IMG/VR virus record: IMGVR_UViG_3300021963_000021
Span: 124,001-188,000 of that record
Length of the DNA stretch: 64,000 bases
Reading direction: 5' to 3' (one strand)
Part shown: piece by piece, positions 59,379-64,000 of the stretch
Layout: every line of letters begins with the position of its first letter
Numbering within the stretch: the stretch's first letter is position 1
Notes under the pieces: model-generated
The model's input: only the letters and a program-made list of their open reading frames with translations
The model's database searches: none
What the model was told of the DNA's origin: nothing
Program-made: the position numbers and the translations under genes

Positions 59379-59873
59379 TCACCTTCTCTTTTTAATTTTC
59401 TTCATTGCTAAGTCTAACTTCATCTTACTAACTCTGTCAACAAAACAGATGCCCTCTAAATGATCATACTCATGTTGAAAACATTTTGCTAGGTATCCGT
59501 CCATCTTGACTTCGTGTATGTTGCCTTTGCTGTCTTGATATTCTGCTCGAATCCAAGCAGGTCGTTTTACCATCAACCACATTCCGGGAAAACTCAAACA
59601 ACCTTCTTTGTCCATCTTTGTTTCTTCGCTGTGTTCTAGGATCACAGGATTAAACAACGCAAAAGGTTCTGGAAATCCTGTTATGTTTTTACTGCCCATA
59701 ACAAACACACGTTTAGCAAGTCCTATTTGATTTGCTGCTAGACCAATACCTCCGTTGGCTAACATAAAATCTACCATTTCTTTTTCTAGTTGCTCAGCAT
59801 CACCGTCTGTGCCGAACTCCCAAGGAGTGCTAGCTGAGGTTAAACTTTCGTGTATACCTAATTTATATTCCAT
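59379..59873 (-). CDS. def: Peptide deformylase
   Basis: [24 protein letters not shown]. Confidence 0.95.
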   Translation of the reverse strand: MEYKLGIHESLTSASTPWEFGTDGDAEQLEKEMVDFMLANGGIGLAANQIGLAKRVFVMGSKNITGFPEPFALFNPVILEHSEETKMDKEGCLSFPGMWLMVKRPAWIRAEYQDSKGNIHEVKMDGYLAKCFQHEYDHLEGICFVDRVSKMKLDLAMKKIKKRR

Positions 59874-60684
59874 TTTTGGCTTGTTCTAATAGCTGTTTTT
59901 GATTTTCGTTTAGATTCTTGGGTATTTTAACTTTTACTCTTATTAAAAGATTACCCCTGACTCCACTTTTATGATGAGGAATGCCTTCTCCTCTACAACT
60001 TAATACAGTTTCCGGTTGTGTGCCCGGAGGAATACCTATAGTAAAAGTTTTATTATCTATAGATGTTATAGTCATTTCAGAACCTAATAATGCTTCCCAG
60101 ACAGATATCTCATGTTCACAGATTAAGTTAACGCCTTCTCTCTTAAATTTTGGATGGGGTCTAACTCTAACTGTTACTATTAAATCGCCTGGAGCAAATT
60201 TAGGTTGACTATGGTCGCCCATTCCTGGGTAACGTATCTGTACATTATCATCAATGCCTACTGGAATATTAATAGATACCAGTTTTCGTTGTCCGTTGCG
60301 GAAAGTAACTTCGGCATTAAGTTCTTTGCCGGTCATTACATCTTCTAGGCCAATTTCAACATGAGCACCTATGTTACTATTTCTTGGCTGTGCCTGTTGG
60401 AAACCAAATCCAAACTGTGGCCCGCCAAAGAACGTAGAAAATATTCCATCGTCACCAAATTGGCTGCTAAACCCTCCAGCACCGCCAAAGGGATTTGGGC
60501 TATCGTATTCTGCTCTTTTTTGATCATCGCTAAGAGTAGCATACGCTTCTTGTATTTCTTGAAACTTTGCGGGGTCTCCGCCGCGGTCAGGATGATGCTT
60601 CATCGCTAATTTGCGATAAGCTGATTTTATTTCATCTGATGTTGCTGAGGCAGAAACGCCTAATACTTTATAATAATCCATCAT
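59863..60684 (-). CDS. dnaJ: DnaJ/CbpA-type co-chaperone (no zinc finger)
   Basis: J domain with HPD, G/F-rich linker, C-terminal GDLIV/GNLLI domain. Confidence 0.9.
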   Translation of the reverse strand: MMDYYKVLGVSASATSDEIKSAYRKLAMKHHPDRGGDPAKFQEIQEAYATLSDDQKRAEYDSPNPFGGAGGFSSQFGDDGIFSTFFGGPQFGFGFQQAQPRNSNIGAHVEIGLEDVMTGKELNAEVTFRNGQRKLVSINIPVGIDDNVQIRYPGMGDHSQPKFAPGDLIVTVRVRPHPKFKREGVNLICEHEISVWEALLGSEMTITSIDNKTFTIGIPPGTQPETVLSCRGEGIPHHKSGVRGNLLIRVKVKIPKNLNENQKQLLEQAKNGI

Positions 60685-60689
60685 ATATT

Positions 60690-60729
60690 ATTTTAGTATC
60701 AGGCGTCAGGTTTGTCAATGAATATTGAC
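60690..60729 (-). promoter_or_regulatory. Sigma70 promoter TTGACA-17-TAAAAT with palindrome GTCAAT-N4-ATTGAC over the -35
   Basis: Hexamers 60718-60713 and 60695-60690; palindrome 60714-60729. Confidence 0.7.
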
Positions 60730-60730
60730 T

Positions 60731-61267
60731 CTATTTTTTAGATAATGAGCTTCTTCCAGGCATTCCTACTGGTGCTGTGGATTCTCCGAATCCTTCGGCT
60801 TTTGGTGATCCGAAAGGTTCTGGAGCCGCTGCTGTAGGTGTGCTTCCAAAGCCGCTTCCGCTAAACCCTGTTGTAGCTGGAGTTGTGGCTCCGAAGCTTG
60901 GGGTTGTCGCTGGTGCTGCTGGAGGTACGCTAAATGCTGAAGGCTGGCTCGATGGTAAGTTTGCTCCGCCATTGTTTGCTCCTGCTAATTTTTCTTGTGT
61001 ACGACCTAGTGCGGCAATACCAAGTACAGCACCCATTGCGATGTGGAATAGACCAGCACCTTGTAATGTCAATGGTTGCCATTGTGTAATTTGTGCTACG
61101 TGCATTACTGCCTGTAATGCGCTCCACAAGATGGGAAACAATACGAAGTCAAAGGCGCATACGCCCATGTACAACCAGCCCATCATTGGACGCCATTTGC
61201 TGTTCATCCAATCTTCTTTTTTCTTTTCACTGTCACTCATAGCTTGATATTCTTCTGCTGTTGGCAT
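60731..61267 (-). CDS. Putative holin (GTA 3TM-holin-like)
   Basis: KWRPMMGWLY..FDFVLFP..MGAVLGIAALGRTQEK; low-complexity tail; in the spanin block. Confidence 0.65.
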   Translation of the reverse strand: MPTAEEYQAMSDSEKKKEDWMNSKWRPMMGWLYMGVCAFDFVLFPILWSALQAVMHVAQITQWQPLTLQGAGLFHIAMGAVLGIAALGRTQEKLAGANNGGANLPSSQPSAFSVPPAAPATTPSFGATTPATTGFSGSGFGSTPTAAAPEPFGSPKAEGFGESTAPVGMPGRSSLSKK

Positions 61268-61285
61268 AATTCGCTCCTTTATTTT

Positions 61286-61846
61286 TTACATCCAAAGCAA
61301 CAAGCCCTGGGCACTTAATAGTACGCCAGCACCTGCTACTACAAAACTACCCCAGAACAGAGGCATGCTTACAGCAAGAATACTTGCCGATAGTAAAACG
61401 ATTGCTAATTGATATGCTGTTGACGCATAACCAATCCACGGTGAACGTGTTTTTGCTTCATCACGTTCTTTTTCTAACTTTGTTGCCTTTTCAGCTATCT
61501 CTTTCTTTTCAGCATCCATACGTGCTTTTTCTTCTAAGAGATGCTTTTTATTTTCGCCTGTTGCCTGTAATGCTGATGTTTCGTAGATAACGCCACGAAC
61601 GTTCTTTGCTTGATACCATGACCATTGATTGTTAGCTGAGATAGTATTGTTTAATACTGTGCTAGATAACTTACCACCATACCATGCGTTTAATGCCAGT
61701 AACAACGCAAACACGTTAATTACTAATCCTGCTTTGTCTTTGATTTTAGCTTCACGTTCACTGCGTGAACCTGGCGCTGGTTTTGGTGCGTCTGGATCTT
61801 TCGGTTGTTTGTTAAAAATATTTAGAACTGAATCTATTAATGCCAT
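61286..61846 (-). CDS. DUF4337-like membrane protein
   Basis: TM-ANNQWSWYQAKNVR-coiled coil-QLAIVLLSASIL-TM. Confidence 0.65.
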   Translation of the reverse strand: MALIDSVLNIFNKQPKDPDAPKPAPGSRSEREAKIKDKAGLVINVFALLLALNAWYGGKLSSTVLNNTISANNQWSWYQAKNVRGVIYETSALQATGENKKHLLEEKARMDAEKKEIAEKATKLEKERDEAKTRSPWIGYASTAYQLAIVLLSASILAVSMPLFWGSFVVAGAGVLLSAQGLLLWM

Positions 61847-61864
61847 ATTCGCTCCTTTATGCGA

Positions 61865-62131
61865 TTATTTTATTTCGTCGAAGATTTTTTTGTTTGATTT
61901 GTGCCATTCGATCCAAAGATCCATTTTGGCCCTACACTCGTGATATTGAGAATAATTTTCTACTACTGTATTTAATACGTCGGATAATTGAGCACCCTTC
62001 TTGACCTCTTTTAGGTCTGGACATTCTTTAAACATTTCTTCAGGTGCGTCTGGAAAAGACATCTTAACAGGTGCTGTAGTCATACAACCTGCTAAGAGTA
62101 ATACTGGTAATAAGATTAAAAGTCTTTTCAT
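61865..62131 (-). CDS. Putative o-spanin lipoprotein
   Basis: Lipobox LLLAGC; Pro-rich segment with two further Cys; overlaps the i-spanin end. Confidence 0.75.
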   Translation of the reverse strand: MKRLLILLPVLLLAGCMTTAPVKMSFPDAPEEMFKECPDLKEVKKGAQLSDVLNTVVENYSQYHECRAKMDLWIEWHKSNKKIFDEIK

Positions 62132-62592
62132 TTTTTATCTTTTTTAATTGTTTTCGCTGAGTGATTTAAAATATTAACTGCGTCATCTGGTACTTTACAT
62201 TCGGCATTGATGATCACTTCTTTTTCTTTGATTTCTTCTTGTACAACTATTTTGGTATCAGTGATTACTTGGACTCGGTCCTTGTACTCGACAACAATTT
62301 TTTCGTTTACCTGTTGTGACTTTTCTTCAGCAGCCGCCACTTGTTTTTCTAGTTCAGCAACACGCTCTCTCCACATTATTTCGACACCATAGCCGCCTTT
62401 GAAATACACGCCGGCAGTTAGCAGTAACACACCGATGATCTGGATTGGAGTGCGATACTGATTAACAAATGGTATAAACTTAATGAAGAATCCTGCTAGA
62501 GTGCCTACAGCACCGATAAGCAGGACCGTGTTAATAATCCATAGCAAAACGGAATCTGGAATTAAACTGATCATCCAGCCTATCTGCCCCAT
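62128..62592 (-). CDS. Putative i-spanin
   Basis: N-terminal TM segments, coiled coil, terminal Cys (AECKVP). Confidence 0.7.
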   Translation of the reverse strand: MGQIGWMISLIPDSVLLWIINTVLLIGAVGTLAGFFIKFIPFVNQYRTPIQIIGVLLLTAGVYFKGGYGVEIMWRERVAELEKQVAAAEEKSQQVNEKIVVEYKDRVQVITDTKIVVQEEIKEKEVIINAECKVPDDAVNILNHSAKTIKKDKK

Positions 62593-62593
62593 C

Positions 62594-63334
62594 TTAGACT
62601 CCTGATATTCTAATAGTCATAGCTCGGTTGCCGTTTTCTAATACAAAGGCTTCACCGTATTTGTTAATATTAAAGTCGCCTAATAATTTTGTTAACCATA
62701 AAGATTCAGCTGTGCTCTTGGTATCAATCTTAAGTGTTTCAGTTAGATCTTTTTGTATGTCGTCCTTGGCTCCGAACTTAACTATATCAAAACTAAACTT
62801 CATACCGAATGGTTTTGTTATAGTAATTTTGTTGCCTTCGACAACTATTGAATCCTTGTATGTCTTTCCAAAGAATCGTGTAATTCCATCAACACGTTTT
62901 GATTCCATCATAGTTTCATAGTCTAGCGCAGATGTTGGAACAATGCGGTTAATGTTTTCTTCGTTTAGATCATGTGAAGCAGTGCTTCTGTAATACTTGA
63001 ACTTCCACTCTTTGATATTAGTCAGTCTAGTAATACCATCGACTAGTTCGTGGATGTGTTCAGCTAGCTTAGGGCTTCTGGCTAATTCTACGAATACATG
63101 ATAGGTTCCTTCACGATCTTCGCCGGCGCTGACATCAGCGTCTAATACAAAGCCGTACCCTTTTTCTATAAATTCCATCATGTCTTTGGCAGGTGCTCTA
63201 TCTCTAGCTCTAAAAGACAATACGCAGACATCTCTGTCTTCGCCCATCTTGCTTTGGAATGCGTCAATTTCAAAAACATTGAACAGCATATCTTCTAAGT
63301 CATTAGGTCTTAGACCTTCTCTTAGTACTCTCAT
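62594..63334 (-). CDS. Hypothetical protein
   Basis: 246 aa; MRVLRE N-terminus. Confidence 0.6.
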   Translation of the reverse strand: MRVLREGLRPNDLEDMLFNVFEIDAFQSKMGEDRDVCVLSFRARDRAPAKDMMEFIEKGYGFVLDADVSAGEDREGTYHVFVELARSPKLAEHIHELVDGITRLTNIKEWKFKYYRSTASHDLNEENINRIVPTSALDYETMMESKRVDGITRFFGKTYKDSIVVEGNKITITKPFGMKFSFDIVKFGAKDDIQKDLTETLKIDTKSTAESLWLTKLLGDFNINKYGEAFVLENGNRAMTIRISGV

Positions 63335-63849
63335 TATACTTCTCCCTCTACAGGTTCAGTTGTGCCTTGCTGTGCTTGGGTCATTGGCATATCTACCTTG
63401 GGGATATCTTTGTCTACTTGATTTGTCTTGAGATCTCTGTAACCCTTGTTGATATCGAACATTAGTTTCTTAGGCATATGGATTTCAACGATCCATATAG
63501 GTTCGCGGTCGATCTTACCTTTTTTAGTTCCTGGTCGAATATCGTCGGGAGTTTTAATCTTACGAACTTTAGAAAGTTCTTCTTGTTTGTACAGCACTTT
63601 ACAGCCGTAATCTAACAAACGCTTCCCGCCCTGCGGGTTTGGCATTTTTTTAAGTGGCCACATAAAGCTACAGGTGACCCAGTATCTTGAATCTTTTGGA
63701 CCCGCAACAAGCTCTCCGTCGATCCAGTTTTCGTAAACATACAGATCTAGCTCGTCTAACACACGCTCGAAATCCTTCAAAATACTCAAGCTGGTAGTAG
63801 AACCATATATGTTTTCGATGTTTTTTAGCACTTCTTTGATATCTTGCAT
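63334..63849 (-). CDS. Hypothetical protein (likely start MQDIKE at 63849)
   Basis: SD GAGGA 63864-63860 and TAAATA 63875-63870 upstream. Confidence 0.6.
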   Translation of the reverse strand: MQDIKEVLKNIENIYGSTTSLSILKDFERVLDELDLYVYENWIDGELVAGPKDSRYWVTCSFMWPLKKMPNPQGGKRLLDYGCKVLYKQEELSKVRKIKTPDDIRPGTKKGKIDREPIWIVEIHMPKKLMFDINKGYRDLKTNQVDKDIPKVDMPMTQAQQGTTEPVEGEV

Positions 63850-63869
63850 AGGTGATTTGTCCTCACAAG

Positions 63870-64000
63870 TATTTATTTCGATCAAAAAGTTATCATAAGT
63901 TATTATATTTTTAAAATGGTTGTAAATATCTGTGTGTTCGGCAACGGCACAAACGGTTTGGGCCCGTGCCTAGCACATCAATAGGAGGCTTACCCTTTGA
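63870..64000. promoter_or_regulatory. Divergent late promoters; the plus-strand one is followed by a structured leader and SD AGGAGG for a gene starting at the window edge
   Basis: TAAATA on minus (63875-63870) and plus (63923-63928); GGCAC/GTGCC stem; AGGAGG at 63983-63988. Confidence 0.5.

Noticed and set aside
2913-63431. Numerous 60-156-aa ORFs antisense to, or nested in, long genes (e.g. 12356-12697, 50963-51433, 60777-61247)
   Set aside because: Shadow frames of well-supported genes, with no RBS or recognisable motifs
1-64000. Stop-codon reassignment, as in some large phages
   Set aside because: Genes are intact and tightly packed in the standard code; TAA, TGA and TAG all end genes at sensible junctions
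1-64000. tRNA, CRISPR array, DGR, intron/intein, transposase
   Set aside because: No cloverleaf, spaced repeats, reverse transcriptase or homing nuclease motifs seen. The polymerase is uninterrupted and the repeats found are in-frame protein modules.

Overview
A 64-kb, AT-rich, gene-dense segment of a large T4-like (myovirus-type) lytic phage genome in the standard genetic code. The host is probably a proteobacterium, inferred from the ErpA, ClpA, DUF465 and spanin types. Plus strand (1-29085) is a late structural block: a 5'-truncated >3600-aa baseplate-like protein, five paralogous tail-fibre genes sharing one N-terminal anchor, an embedded 2OG-Fe(II) oxygenase, then four glycosyltransferase-like genes and a radical SAM gene. 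Minus strand (29079-63875) carries thyX and an RNase H-type 5'-3' exonuclease, then a 7-deazaguanine DNA-modification locus (queE, folE, DpdL-like T-fold protein, DpdA/TGT-like protein). That locus is interleaved with a GT-B glycosyltransferase, PRTase, HIT hydrolase, cupin and two SGNH proteins, and sits directly downstream of the clamp-like and family-B polymerase genes. Further along are a GH19 endolysin, a run of basic proteins with T4-like capsid-targeting/cleavage N-termini (two carry enzyme domains), erpA, clpA/def/dnaJ, and holin/spanin genes. The best candidate for an undescribed system is the deazaguanine + glycosyltransferase locus. The non-coding DNA also shows twin hairpins with near-identical 8-nt loops in front of the polymerase RBS, late-promoter/RBS-occluding hairpin switches, and several apparently leaderless promoters. 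No tRNA, rRNA, CRISPR array or mobile element was seen. All calls come from motif reading; no searches were run.
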